Positions 19,782 through 30,079 of a stretch of 64,000 nucleotides of DNA are shown piece by piece. Position 1 is the first letter of the stretch. Every line of letters starts with the position of its first letter. Under the pieces are notes generated by a model. It did no database searches. It saw nothing but the letters and a program-made list of their open reading frames with translations, and was not told the DNA's origin. The stretch comes from an uncultured Sphingosinicella sp. (GTDB lineage: Bacteria > Pseudomonadota > Alphaproteobacteria > Sphingomonadales > Sphingomonadaceae). The stretch lies in contig CAYTMM010000005.1 of assembly GCA_964438875.1 (NCBI GenBank), positions 14,968 to 78,967 on the forward strand. Reading direction: 5' to 3'. A program made the translations under genes and the position numbers.

Positions 19782-20882
19782 ATGGCCGACAACAAGAACC
19801 AGCATTATGTGGCGCGCTGCCATTTGCGGCGGTTCAGCAAGGAGGGCGAAGGCCGCGCGATCAATCTGTTCAATCTCGACCGCCAGCGGGCGATTCCGGA
19901 CGCCCCTCTCAAGAACCAGTGTTCGGGCGATTATTTCTACGGTGACGACAAGCGCCTCGACGACGCTATCAGATTTGTCGAGGACAGCTACGGGTCGATG
20001 ATGACCGACCTGGCGGCCCCAGGCAGGATCATCACTCCGAAAGACAGGGTGATCCTGCAACGCTTCCTTCTGCTCCAGCATTTGCGGACCGAGGCGGCCT
20101 CGGAGCGGGCCGCAAAGAGGCTGTTCGCTATGCATGACCTGCCCGGAGGGGATGAGCAGCTCCCCCCGCTCAAGGAGGCGGTCCGCGGTGCGGTTATCTC
20201 GGCAATGCGCGTCTATGCCGAGACAATGCGCATCGTCGATGATCTCAAGCTTTGCGTGGTGCGCAACCGCAGCGCACTCGCCTTCGTGACATCCGACAAT
20301 CCCGCCATCTTGACCAACCGGCTCAATCTCCAACGCCCAAACATGAAAGGCCGCGGTTTTGGCGTGAGGCATGCCGGAACGCTGCTACTGATGCCGTTGT
20401 CGCCCTGGCTCTACTGCATTCTCTATGATGGCGACGTCTATACGATCGGCCATTCCGGCGGGTGGATCGACATTGAGGATGTTGCCGACATCGCTGCGCT
20501 CAACGACCATCAGTTTCTCGGCTGTGCCGCCAATATCTACTTCAGGGACTGGACCGACCGGACCGGCGTTGCCTCCGCCGCCCGCCAGGCCTGTTCACGG
20601 CGGCCGGAGCAGCGTCATCGCGCAATCCATGCGGTGCTCGACCAAGAAACCGAATGGGGCAAGCGTTATGCTGTCATCGAGCGGGATGCGATCAGGCCCG
20701 GCGACGAGGTGTTGATCCACATCATCGCCAATCAGCCGGTCCCGCTCGGCTGGCCGTCCTTCCTGCGCTACCGGGCCGATCGCAGGGCTTATTCCAACAA
20801 TAGCGGCACCGGACTTGTGCGGCGCTGGTGCCTCGACCAGGGATTTGTGTCGGGAGCGGGTTATCGACGGATAAGGCCGTGA
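19782..20882 (+). CDS. DUF4238 domain protein
   Basis: N-terminal NQHYVARCHLRRF, and FVTSDNP...LMPLSP motifs. Confidence 0.82.
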   Translation: MADNKNQHYVARCHLRRFSKEGEGRAINLFNLDRQRAIPDAPLKNQCSGDYFYGDDKRLDDAIRFVEDSYGSMMTDLAAPGRIITPKDRVILQRFLLLQHLRTEAASERAAKRLFAMHDLPGGDEQLPPLKEAVRGAVISAMRVYAETMRIVDDLKLCVVRNRSALAFVTSDNPAILTNRLNLQRPNMKGRGFGVRHAGTLLLMPLSPWLYCILYDGDVYTIGHSGGWIDIEDVADIAALNDHQFLGCAANIYFRDWTDRTGVASAARQACSRRPEQRHRAIHAVLDQETEWGKRYAVIERDAIRPGDEVLIHIIANQPVPLGWPSFLRYRADRRAYSNNSGTGLVRRWCLDQGFVSGAGYRRIRP

Positions 20883-20922
20883 ACTGATCGCCCTGCGCAA
20901 CGCCAGTGTCGTGACGTCCCAG

Positions 20923-23208
20923 TCAGGCTTCCGCCGCCGGATCGTCTTCCATCGTTCCCTTGAGCACCGCTTCGGCGACCAGCATCGAATAGCCGGCCGG
21001 CGTGTGGATCAGCAGCAGCGCCGGCACGAACTGGCGCAGCGCCAGGATCGCGCCCGCAATCGCGTCGGTCGACGAGGGACCGCTCGGGGCGAGGTGACTA
21101 TGCCAGGTGCCGACGACCTGCAGCGCGCCGCCGGTTTCCACGGCGACCTTGCGGGCCGCAGCCCGCAGCCCATTGCGGCCGAGGACGAACTCCTCGGCGC
21201 TGCGCGTGCTGTCCGGTGGCGCCGGCAGCAGATCGACGATCTGGAAACAATTTCCGATGTGCGAGAAGCGGCCGACCAGCACGCCACCGGTCTCGACGCC
21301 TGGGTATTTGGCAATGTCCTCTTCGATGGCAGCATCGACCCTGGGATGAAGACGAACGCCCGGTGTCTGTGGACCGAGGGGGGACACAACGGTCCAGGGT
21401 GCCTCCTCGACCAGCGACCAGGACAGGCCACCCAAGTCATCGGTCACGCCGATCCGGAGCTGTCCGGTCTGCGGCAGATTGTCGCACACCCAGTCGACAA
21501 TCGGGCGCGCCAGTGCGGCGCTGAGCATCGAGAGCTCACTGTCAGGCATGGGAAAGGTCGCGGCCGAACAGCCCTGGCCGATCACGATCGCTTCGGCCTC
21601 GGCGCCAGAGGCTAGTTTCGCGAGGTCGGAAACCTCGGCCAGGCGCCGATAAGCTTCAGCGGCGAGGTCGCTCAAATTGGGATTGGCGTTCGCCCCCTCC
21701 AGCGCGAGATAGCCTAGCCGTCCCGCGCCCATCAGACAGGCCTCGACCGCGCGCGGGCGACCGGCCCAGTCCACATGGGCGAGCGCTTCGCGGGTGACGA
21801 TGCTCGCGGTGGTGTCGACGATCAGCGCCGTGCCAGGCGGGGCGAGTCTGCTTCGTCCCTCGTCGTCGGCGAGGAGGGTTATGGCATCGGCATTGACCGC
21901 GGCCGCCGTCTGGGCGAGCTTTTCGACCTGACCCGCGCTGACATCTGCCTTGGCGCGAAGGAACATGCGGTCGGCAGTGCCGAGCGGAAGCGCGGCATGC
22001 CGCGCATAATTGTGTGCATCGAGATTGCTGCGATCGACGAGGACCGCTGGCGCGCGGCCGGCACGCGCCGCGTGCAGCACGATTTTCGAGCCGACGCTGC
22101 CGCAGCCGATCATCGTCCACGGCCGCGTCGGCAGGCTGGACGTGTCCCGCGATGTTCGCCGGAGCAGGGTCGGATTGATCGTCTCACGATGCGCGGCCAG
22201 GCGGACTTTCGTTTCCGGGTCGGCGAAATCCTGGCCGGGCGCGGCCTCGATCAGATAGGGACAGATCTCGATCGGGCTGTCGGTGCCGATCAGATTATAG
22301 GGTCGTCGGGCGAGAAGGATGACCGCGATCGGCACAGGATCGGCGGGAGGGTCGGCGGCCAGCGCATCGCGCAAGGACGTCAGCGCGGCGCTCAGTTCCG
22401 TGCTGCAACCGTAGAGCGCAGCACGATCCAGGAGGTCGCCGACATTCTCCACCGTCTCCGGGAGATAGAGCGATGCCCCGGGCGCGCCGGTCGATCCGGC
22501 CCATACCAACAGACCAAGGCCGGCTCCGCTCGGTGTCCCTTCATCTTTGTCACGGCGTAGCACCTTGCCAAGATAAGGCCCGATTTCGACCGATTCGCTG
22601 CCGAGGAAGAGCTTGTAGAGGTCTGACTTTTCGTAGTGGAGATAGGTCGCGACTACGAACGCGGTTCCGCCTCCAGGCGTCACCATCGCCTGCGCACGGG
22701 GGGCGTTGATCACGACGATGTCGTCGATCGAATCGCGCCGCACCGGCTCCCAGCCATGGGCCGGGTCATTGAGTTCAAGCGCCGCAGCGCGCTCCAGCCA
22801 GAGAACGAGCTGCTCGATGAGGCCAATGAAACCACGCGCCTGGATCACCTCGCGCGGACTGCCCAATACGAGGCAGGGGCGAACCGGCTTGCTCTCCTTG
22901 TCCGGCTGGATGTGCGGATGGTACCGCGGGAAATCCGAGCGCAGCGCGATGTAGGGCGTGATCAGCGGGAAATTGTCGCTGAACGCGAAATTCACCGTCT
23001 CGAACTTGCGCACACCGAACGGGCTCTCACCGGCTGCACGCCACGCGGCCGGCAGCTCGGTGCGGATGGTGACCTCGGCGAAGGTCAAATCCTCCTGCCG
23101 CTTCCTAATCGTAACGGCCGTAACGGAGGGATGTGCCTGGGCCTGGCGCAAAGCGCGCGAAACCGCCACCGGCATGCCCGGTGGCGGCGGCGTCTCCTCG
23201 TCGCTCAC
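20923..23208 (-). CDS. Prokaryotic E2-E1(ThiF)-JAB fusion protein (6A-MBL-type)
   Basis: E2: FP...P...LRSDFP..HPHI...PCL. E1: GCGSVG, DRSNLDAHNYARH, GQGC. JAB: ETGGVLVG...GTWHSH...PSSTD. GTGA overlap with the upstream MBL gene. Confidence 0.9.
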   Translation of the reverse strand: MSDEETPPPPGMPVAVSRALRQAQAHPSVTAVTIRKRQEDLTFAEVTIRTELPAAWRAAGESPFGVRKFETVNFAFSDNFPLITPYIALRSDFPRYHPHIQPDKESKPVRPCLVLGSPREVIQARGFIGLIEQLVLWLERAAALELNDPAHGWEPVRRDSIDDIVVINAPRAQAMVTPGGGTAFVVATYLHYEKSDLYKLFLGSESVEIGPYLGKVLRRDKDEGTPSGAGLGLLVWAGSTGAPGASLYLPETVENVGDLLDRAALYGCSTELSAALTSLRDALAADPPADPVPIAVILLARRPYNLIGTDSPIEICPYLIEAAPGQDFADPETKVRLAAHRETINPTLLRRTSRDTSSLPTRPWTMIGCGSVGSKIVLHAARAGRAPAVLVDRSNLDAHNYARHAALPLGTADRMFLRAKADVSAGQVEKLAQTAAAVNADAITLLADDEGRSRLAPPGTALIVDTTASIVTREALAHVDWAGRPRAVEACLMGAGRLGYLALEGANANPNLSDLAAEAYRRLAEVSDLAKLASGAEAEAIVIGQGCSAATFPMPDSELSMLSAALARPIVDWVCDNLPQTGQLRIGVTDDLGGLSWSLVEEAPWTVVSPLGPQTPGVRLHPRVDAAIEEDIAKYPGVETGGVLVGRFSHIGNCFQIVDLLPAPPDSTRSAEEFVLGRNGLRAAARKVAVETGGALQVVGTWHSHLAPSGPSSTDAIAGAILALRQFVPALLLIHTPAGYSMLVAEAVLKGTMEDDPAAEA

Positions 23209-24347
23209 CCGTGCGCCAGCGCTTCGGTGCCGATCCCGGTGCTGGCGGCCGCAGCGGCGGCCAGCGGGGTGCGCACGAACTTCGTGCCCTTGCTGCCGAT
23301 CTCGAGGGTCAAAGGCTGATCGTCATCGCCATCGGCTACGCAGCGAAACTCGCCGCCGACCTCCTCGACGATCTCTTCATATTCGCGCTTCGCGCGAATG
23401 CAGGGCGGGTCATTGTCGTCATCGTCGATTGCGCAGGAGCTGGCGACGACGATCGCGCCGGAGCGCGCCTGCGACAGTGCGCTGCGCGCGTCGGACGACA
23501 CCTCGGCATCCTCGCCTTTCTCCGACCAGCTGTCCCAGGACAGGCTGTGCCAGGAGCAGTGATGAGGCGCGATCAGCACATCATATTCGAGATTGCCTGG
23601 CTCGTCCTCATGCGCGGCCCAGAGCCGCTCCCAGATCGCAACTTCGGCGTCGCCGCCGAATAGGTAGCGCGCCGCATCGTCATTGCCGTCGGCAGCGAGC
23701 GTCAGGTGGACGATCACGCTCGAGTTGTTCTTGCTGAGAACCTCTTCCTCTTCCTCGTTCGCCGGCGGCAGGGGCGCCAGCAGGAGCGCCGAGAAGCTAT
23801 CGTCCTCAATCCCGTCGATCGTCGAGAAGCGTTCGCCCGTGCAGACCAGAATCCCGTCGAGATCGTCGGTCTTGTCGTCGATATCCTCGCCCAGCACGAG
23901 GATCCTGTCGCCGTCGTCGAGCGAGCCCTGCTCACGGTAGAGCGCGACGCGCCGGCGCGCCTCACAGCCCCAGGCATGGGCATCGTTACACAATTTGTTT
24001 CCCGCAGACCGACGACGGAAGATCATCGGTGATGACCACATCTCGCGGATGATGATCTTGTCGTCATCCTCTTCCCAGTCATCGAGCGGACCGAGATGAA
24101 AATGGGTCTCGAGGCCCCGAATATGATCGGCATCGGGATGGGTCAGCAAGAACGCATCGACGAAGAGCCTTCCTTCCGCATCGCGCTCCAGCAGATCGCG
24201 GAGCTGCGCGGCGACGTCCGGCGTGTCATCGTCCTCATCGTCGGCGGCACATCGGATGTTGATGTCGAAGAGAATTCGCCGGCCGCTTTCAAGTTCGACC
24301 AGAGCCATATCGCCATTGTCGACCCGAAAATGATACGTCTTCACCAT
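23205..24347 (-). CDS. Acidic metallo-beta-lactamase-fold hydrolase, partner of the E2-E1-JAB fusion
   Basis: FRVDNGDM, LFDIN, THPDADH, FGGDAE and APHHCSW motifs; flexible tail ending in Gly (…GTEALAHG). Confidence 0.88.
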   Translation of the reverse strand: MVKTYHFRVDNGDMALVELESGRRILFDINIRCAADDEDDDTPDVAAQLRDLLERDAEGRLFVDAFLLTHPDADHIRGLETHFHLGPLDDWEEDDDKIIIREMWSSPMIFRRRSAGNKLCNDAHAWGCEARRRVALYREQGSLDDGDRILVLGEDIDDKTDDLDGILVCTGERFSTIDGIEDDSFSALLLAPLPPANEEEEEVLSKNNSSVIVHLTLAADGNDDAARYLFGGDAEVAIWERLWAAHEDEPGNLEYDVLIAPHHCSWHSLSWDSWSEKGEDAEVSSDARSALSQARSGAIVVASSCAIDDDDNDPPCIRAKREYEEIVEEVGGEFRCVADGDDDQPLTLEIGSKGTKFVRTPLAAAAAASTGIGTEALAHG

Positions 24348-24679
24348 AGCAGTCGCCTCGTCTGGACGGATGGTAAGTAGGAACCAAGAAAGACGTTACA
24401 AGACCGAAACAACTCATAGGGCGCGCTTTTACGGATGCTTGTGCGGGTGGTGCGCTTCCGCAAAAAAGACGGGTGGTTACCGAGCCCGAAGTTGTGTTCA
24501 TACCAACCATCGAAGCAACCATGTAGCTTCCTGAATTGAAGGCCATATCGGCCACTGCATTGCCCCGACGGTGGCTGTTCGCGGTCGCTAGTCCGTCGAC
24601 GGGACCGGTAGTGCGCAGAAAAGGTCGATTTGTCGGTGAGATCGCAGCATTCTCGCCGATTCGTACCATGCGAATATGA

Positions 24680-24694
24680 GAACAAACATAGAAC
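24680..24694. promoter_or_regulatory. Alphaproteobacterial LexA (SOS) box
   Basis: GAAC-AAACATA-GAAC, 14/15 identical to the box at 17900; about 330 bp upstream of the MBL start on the minus strand. Confidence 0.7.
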
Positions 24695-24862
24695 GAAAAG
24701 TCAACCGGCAATCGTTTCCTGACGACCTTAGCCTTACCAGGAGGACTCGGCCCGTGGCGGCTTTCGAGCATCCGCAGGTATCTCTTGAGCGGCCGACATG
24801 GGTGCATCCCGGAAAACAGCGCGAGCATCGCGGGATGTCCGGATTTACTTGATCTCCACTCC

Positions 24863-24886
24863 AGAGCGGACATTCTGCTTCCGGCC
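24863..24886. repeat. 24-bp junction repeat J1
   Basis: AGAGCGGAC-ATT-CTGCT-TC-CGGCC, 3 bp from the autotransporter stop; same pattern at 30344 and 32884. Confidence 0.55.
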
Positions 24887-24889
24887 AAT

Positions 24890-27800
24890 TCAGAATCCGA
24901 TCCGGACCCCTGCATTGGCTCTCAGGTTGGTGCTGTCGGCCAAATCCGAAAAGGGGCTATCGATCGCGGCCTCTCCGTAGAAGGTGACGCCATTTGACAA
25001 GCGAACGCTGGCACCGATGCCCAGTTCGCCCGACACCCGGTGGTCGGCGCGCACGATCGGCGTTCCCGCCACTTCGGTCCGGCTGCCGCCCAGCCATTCG
25101 ACGTTGACGTTGGCGATTGCATAGATGTGAGTTGCGATATCCCCCGAAGCGACGCGCCGGTCGACGGAGAGTCCCGTTCGCGAGCGCAGGCTGTCGCCGT
25201 CGGCGATCGAGATGTTGGCTCCCGAAGGATCAACGAAGGCGTCGAAGCGAACATTGCCGTAGAGGAGCTGGGCTTGCGGCGTCAGACTCCAGACTGAACC
25301 CAGGGGGATAATGTGGCCGACTTCAAGGCTGAACGCTTCGCCGGAGCCATCATTGCTGCGCACGAGTTCACCCAAAATGTCGGATCGCAGATTGCTGTCA
25401 TACCAGCTGAACTGGGCCTGCGCGTCGGCATAGAAGCCCCGAATGTCCCGCCATGTCAGCGAGAGGCCGAAGCCATAGCCGTTGGTGTCCATCCGTCCGT
25501 CTCCGAACACGGATTTCGTGCGGGCCCGAGCCTCGCCATAATGGCCAGAAATGCCGGCGACCAACTGATTGCCGCCGGGCGCGCCAACCAATGCACGATC
25601 GACGCCGATCTGGATGCGCCAGGCATCGATCCTTTGATCTGCTGCGCTGGTGGAACGTCTTGGTTCCGCGTTTTGGCGGAGACCTTCGAGGCGGCCCCAG
25701 ATGTCATTCCGGCCCGGTGTCAAGCTGCGTCCGGCGACGCGCTGCTGCAGCGTCGGCAAACCGTTCAGCGATTGCAGCACCGCGCCATAGCCCTCATAGA
25801 CCGGAACGCCCGGCTGATAGAGCGGCACAGGGGGCGTGGGCGCTGCCGGATCAATCAAAGCGGAGCGCAAATACCAGTCTCCATCGGACGGATCGGTCAC
25901 GCCATTCTGGACAAGCCGATAGGCATAGGCCCCGGCGATGATCGCTTGCTCTCCCTCGAACAGATAATCGCCGTTCAGGACGAAAATACCGTCGGAAGCC
26001 CCCGCAACTTCGATGATGCGGATGCCCTCCACAGTCTGGGCGCCGATCCCGTTTCGATTGACCACGGTGACCCTGCTGGTGCCGGAAGTGGCGCCGCCGA
26101 TGACGAGCCGGTCGGTCGTCGAACTGTCCCCGCCCAATATCGTCTCGATCTCGATGGTGCCGCCATTGCCGACATAGTCGCCCGTCACCGTCAGCGTGCC
26201 GAAGCCCGCATTTCCGGGAGCCACGACGCCGGCATTCGCCGCACTGCCCAGCGTGCCATCGCCTTCCAGGCGTCCGCTGGCGCTGACGATGACATTGCTG
26301 CCCAGTGTACCCGTCAGTGCGAGGGTGCCCGCTTCCACCGTCACCGGACCTGCGAAGGCGACATTGTCGCCGGACAATTGCAGGACGCCGCCGCCACTTT
26401 TGCCAAGCGGCCCGTTGCCGGAGACGAGTCCGTCGAACGAAAATGTCGTTCCCTCGGCAGTTTCGATCGCGCCCCCCGCCAGCACGCGCAAATCGCGCGA
26501 CGACGAGAAGCTGGCAGTCGTGCGCAGCACTCCGCCGTCAAGGTCGACGTCGCCGCCCGCATCGCCCAGATTGGCATCCGCCGTAATCTGGAGCGTGCCG
26601 GCGCCAATGACCGTTCCCCCTGTGTAGGTGTTGGCGCCGCTGAGAATGGTCACGCCGGGTCCGTCCTGACGAACCGCGCCGCTGCCGGAGATCACGCCCG
26701 CGAACGCGAAGCTGTCGGACCGATTGAATGCGAGTACGCCATCGTTTGCGACGTTGCCCGTGATCGCGCCGACGGTTCCGCCATCGCCGATCTGGAGGCT
26801 GCCGCCCGTTATCGTTGTCCCGCCTGCATAGGTGTTCGCGCCCGTAAGAACGAGCGTGCCGCTGCCGGCCTGACGCAGCCCACCCGTTCCTGAGACCGCC
26901 CCGTCAAAGGCGATATCGTCGGAGCGTTCGAATACCAGTGTGCCATTGTTCGAAACATCGCCGACGATCGATCCTGTTGTGCCGCCATTGCCGATTTGCA
27001 AAACGCCTGCAGCAATCGTCGTTCCCCCGGCATAGCTGCCGGTTCCGGTAAGGATCAGTGTGCCGGCTCCGAATTTCTCGAGAGAACCAGCCCCCGAGAG
27101 ACTACCGCCGAGGTTCAGCGAGGTTGCGGCATCCGTATCGACTCTTCCCGCAGAGAGCAGATTGACCGCGCGCGCCGAGGCAAAGCTCGCAGTGGAGTTC
27201 AGTGTGCCGCCATCGAATGTGAGGCTTCCCGCCGTATCGCCCAGACTGGCATCATCGGATATACGCAGCGTTCCTGCGCCGATGATCGTCCCGCCGGTAT
27301 AGCTGTTGGCGCCGGTCAGGATCAACGTGCCGAGATCGGTCTTGTTCAAAGCCGCGGCACCGGTCACTTCGGCATCGATCGTGGCGGTAACGCCCGCGCC
27401 GTTCGCCGTGCCGTCGCCAACGCGGATATCGGCGACCGCGCCGACCAGCGTGAGGGCATCTCCATTCAGCACATAACCATCGGTCGCGATCTGGAGCCCC
27501 GATGCCGTCACCGCGCCATTATTATTGGCGATATCGACCGTCCCGGCCGTGCCCTGGAATATCGCGAAACTGCCATTGGCATAGTCCGCGTTCACTTCTC
27601 CGTTGATCTCGGTCCAATGGTTCTCGCCACCGCCGAGCCGCCAGATGCCGTTCCCACCCGTGACATTCCTGTCATTGGCGGTGCCTGACGGCCCGTCCCA
27701 GACGTTGAGCGTGAGCCCGGCGGTGTTGACGAGGTTGATCTGCTGGGCGATCGACGTCTGGACGAACAGATCGCTGCCCGCCGGCGCAGCGCCGATCGAC

Positions 27801-30079
27801 AGCCCTCCGTCGATCAGCGTTCCGCCATAATTGAATACGCGATAGATGCCGGGTCCGAAGGTTCCCCCCGCACTTTCCGCAATGTTCAGCGTGCCGTCGA
27901 GGATGAGATCCCCGGCCACATTGACGAGGTCGTTGAATAGTCCCCCCGCCACACCGGCTTCGCCGAACTGGAAGTCAAGTTGGGCGCCGGCTCCCAGGGT
28001 GAGATCGCCGTTGATCGTCAGCGTTCCGACAGCAGCACCGGCGCTGCCGGGGGCCAATCGGCCGAGAATCCCGACATTGCCGCCGATCGTGCCATTCCCC
28101 CCAAGCGTGGCATTGGCTTGCACAGAGGTGGGCCCCGCGGCGGTCGACTGGTCGCCATCGATGATGAGCGTGCCCGCCAACGCGGAAGTCGGGCCGGCAT
28201 AGCTGTTGTCGCCGGTCAGAATGAGGGTGCCGCTTCCCACGTTACTGACGCCGCCGCTGCCCGAGATCAGCCCGCCGAACGTGCGCTCGTCAGCGCGACT
28301 GAAAATCAGTGTGCCGTCGTTCACTACGTCGCCGGTGATCGAGCCACCCGTGCCACCATCGCCCACGCGCAGAGCGCCGGCCGTAATCGTCGTTCCGCCC
28401 GAATAGCTGTTGGCGCCAGTTAAATTCAGAGTCCCTGCACCGGTCTTGATCAGCGCGCCTGGACCGGAGAGCACGCCACCAAGCGTCAGGGTCGTCGCTG
28501 CATCTGTGTCGATCACTGCGTCTTCGATCAGATTTGCCGCGCGCGCGGATGCGAAGCTCGCCGTGCTGTTGAGGGTGCCGCCGTTAAACGTCAGCCCGCC
28601 CGCCGCGTCGCCCAGATTGACGTCGGCCGACACCCGAAGCGTGCCGGCATTGAGGATCGTCCCGCCTGCATAGCTGTTCGCACCGCTCAGGATCGTTGTG
28701 CCGGTTCCGTCCTGGCGGACCGATCCGCTCCCCGAGATCACACTGTCGAATGTGACGCTGTCGGAACGATTGAATGCCAGAACGGCATTGTTGACGACAT
28801 TGCCGACGATGGAACCGGTTGTACCCCCGTTGCCGAGTTGCAGAATTCCTGCCGATATGGTCGTCCCGCCGGCATAGCTGTTGGTTGCGGTGAAGGTGAG
28901 CGTGCCCTGGCCGGTCTTTTCCAGCGCGCCCGTTCCGGAAAGGACGCTGGCGGCCGTGACGTCGAAACCGTTCGTGTCGATGATGAGGCCGCCCGTGTCG
29001 ATCACCAGATCATCGTCTTCGAAATTCGCAATGAAGGACGTCGTGTTCTGAATGGCGCGCAAGATGCCGCCGTCGAACAGCACCGAAGCATCTCCGTCGC
29101 CTTTGAACAGGCTGCCGATGGCAACAACGCCGCGCGCGCCTGCGGTTCCATTAAGGTTGAGGCTGCCGATGGAATCGATCCCGCCGCCACCGACTCGCAA
29201 GGCGCCGGCAGAGACAAGAGCGCCGTCTTCCACCGTGAGAGTTCCGTTGCCGGAGGCGCCGTTGAAGAAATCGCCGACGCTCAGAATGGCATTGTTGACC
29301 CGCAATTCCGAACCGGCACCGGTGACGATGAGGGCGCCCAGGCCGCCGCGCCCGATCTGGGCACCGCCGTCCACGTTGAGCAGACCGCCATTCTCGACGG
29401 TGATCCTGGCCTCCATGACGGTGTTGCCACCAAGCGACAGGAAGTTACCGGCATCCCATCGGGATCCCGGCCCCGTCACGCGCGCCGTCAGGCTGGTTGC
29501 CTGCACGGTGAGGCCACCCTCGCCGAAAAAGCTCCGGCCAGCCGAGAAATGCCCGCCATTCTCGACCGTGAACGTGAGTGTCCCGGAATCACGTCCGACA
29601 ATGAAATCACCGGCTACCTCGAACTCCGTTCCCGCATCGCGGACGGACAAAGTGCCGGAGTTGAAGAACAGAATATCCGTCCGAACGACTGCGCGGGCTT
29701 GCGCCGTCAGAATCCCACCCTCGATGAACAGAGTGGGCACAATCCATGATGTACCGGAATCGGTCACGGTAACCGATCCGAGAGATCGGATACTCGCGTC
29801 GCCCGCTTCCGCGCCGCCGCCCCTGATCGTCACCGCGCCATTGTCGATGTCCACACTGTCCGAGTCCGTAGGGACTGCGTTGCCGGACCAATTGTTCTGG
29901 TCAAACCAGTCATCGTCCACCGCACCCGTCCATTGAGCCTGCCCGAAAGCGGGACTGGCCATGCCTGCCAGCAGGATGCCCAACAAGGCGCTTCTCGAAA
30001 ACGGCCGGATGCCCGTCCAGCGGATACTGCATCGTGAACCCAGTAATTCGCGCTCAGCCGTCAGATTCAATCGCTGCAT
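24890..30079 (-). CDS. Type V autotransporter with passenger-associated beta-strand repeats
   Basis: Extended signal peptide; about 9 GxLxKxGxGTLxLTGxNSYxGGTxIxAG repeats; Pro-rich linker PLYQPGVPVYEGY; C-terminal beta-barrel ending in F. Confidence 0.92.
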   Translation of the reverse strand: MQRLNLTAERELLGSRCSIRWTGIRPFSRSALLGILLAGMASPAFGQAQWTGAVDDDWFDQNNWSGNAVPTDSDSVDIDNGAVTIRGGGAEAGDASIRSLGSVTVTDSGTSWIVPTLFIEGGILTAQARAVVRTDILFFNSGTLSVRDAGTEFEVAGDFIVGRDSGTLTFTVENGGHFSAGRSFFGEGGLTVQATSLTARVTGPGSRWDAGNFLSLGGNTVMEARITVENGGLLNVDGGAQIGRGGLGALIVTGAGSELRVNNAILSVGDFFNGASGNGTLTVEDGALVSAGALRVGGGGIDSIGSLNLNGTAGARGVVAIGSLFKGDGDASVLFDGGILRAIQNTTSFIANFEDDDLVIDTGGLIIDTNGFDVTAASVLSGTGALEKTGQGTLTFTATNSYAGGTTISAGILQLGNGGTTGSIVGNVVNNAVLAFNRSDSVTFDSVISGSGSVRQDGTGTTILSGANSYAGGTILNAGTLRVSADVNLGDAAGGLTFNGGTLNSTASFASARAANLIEDAVIDTDAATTLTLGGVLSGPGALIKTGAGTLNLTGANSYSGGTTITAGALRVGDGGTGGSITGDVVNDGTLIFSRADERTFGGLISGSGGVSNVGSGTLILTGDNSYAGPTSALAGTLIIDGDQSTAAGPTSVQANATLGGNGTIGGNVGILGRLAPGSAGAAVGTLTINGDLTLGAGAQLDFQFGEAGVAGGLFNDLVNVAGDLILDGTLNIAESAGGTFGPGIYRVFNYGGTLIDGGLSIGAAPAGSDLFVQTSIAQQINLVNTAGLTLNVWDGPSGTANDRNVTGGNGIWRLGGGENHWTEINGEVNADYANGSFAIFQGTAGTVDIANNNGAVTASGLQIATDGYVLNGDALTLVGAVADIRVGDGTANGAGVTATIDAEVTGAAALNKTDLGTLILTGANSYTGGTIIGAGTLRISDDASLGDTAGSLTFDGGTLNSTASFASARAVNLLSAGRVDTDAATSLNLGGSLSGAGSLEKFGAGTLILTGTGSYAGGTTIAAGVLQIGNGGTTGSIVGDVSNNGTLVFERSDDIAFDGAVSGTGGLRQAGSGTLVLTGANTYAGGTTITGGSLQIGDGGTVGAITGNVANDGVLAFNRSDSFAFAGVISGSGAVRQDGPGVTILSGANTYTGGTVIGAGTLQITADANLGDAGGDVDLDGGVLRTTASFSSSRDLRVLAGGAIETAEGTTFSFDGLVSGNGPLGKSGGGVLQLSGDNVAFAGPVTVEAGTLALTGTLGSNVIVSASGRLEGDGTLGSAANAGVVAPGNAGFGTLTVTGDYVGNGGTIEIETILGGDSSTTDRLVIGGATSGTSRVTVVNRNGIGAQTVEGIRIIEVAGASDGIFVLNGDYLFEGEQAIIAGAYAYRLVQNGVTDPSDGDWYLRSALIDPAAPTPPVPLYQPGVPVYEGYGAVLQSLNGLPTLQQRVAGRSLTPGRNDIWGRLEGLRQNAEPRRSTSAADQRIDAWRIQIGVDRALVGAPGGNQLVAGISGHYGEARARTKSVFGDGRMDTNGYGFGLSLTWRDIRGFYADAQAQFSWYDSNLRSDILGELVRSNDGSGEAFSLEVGHIIPLGSVWSLTPQAQLLYGNVRFDAFVDPSGANISIADGDSLRSRTGLSVDRRVASGDIATHIYAIANVNVEWLGGSRTEVAGTPIVRADHRVSGELGIGASVRLSNGVTFYGEAAIDSPFSDLADSTNLRANAGVRIGF

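Noticed and set aside
18049-24347. CBASS or Pycsar system
   Set aside because: E1/E2/JAB and a TM protein are present, but no CD-NTase or cyclase motif was found in any neighbouring ORF.
24289-24915. ORFs 24341-24685 and 24289-24915 upstream of the MBL gene
   Set aside because: No recognisable motifs or RBS, both overlap the MBL start and the LexA box; more likely a leader/promoter region.
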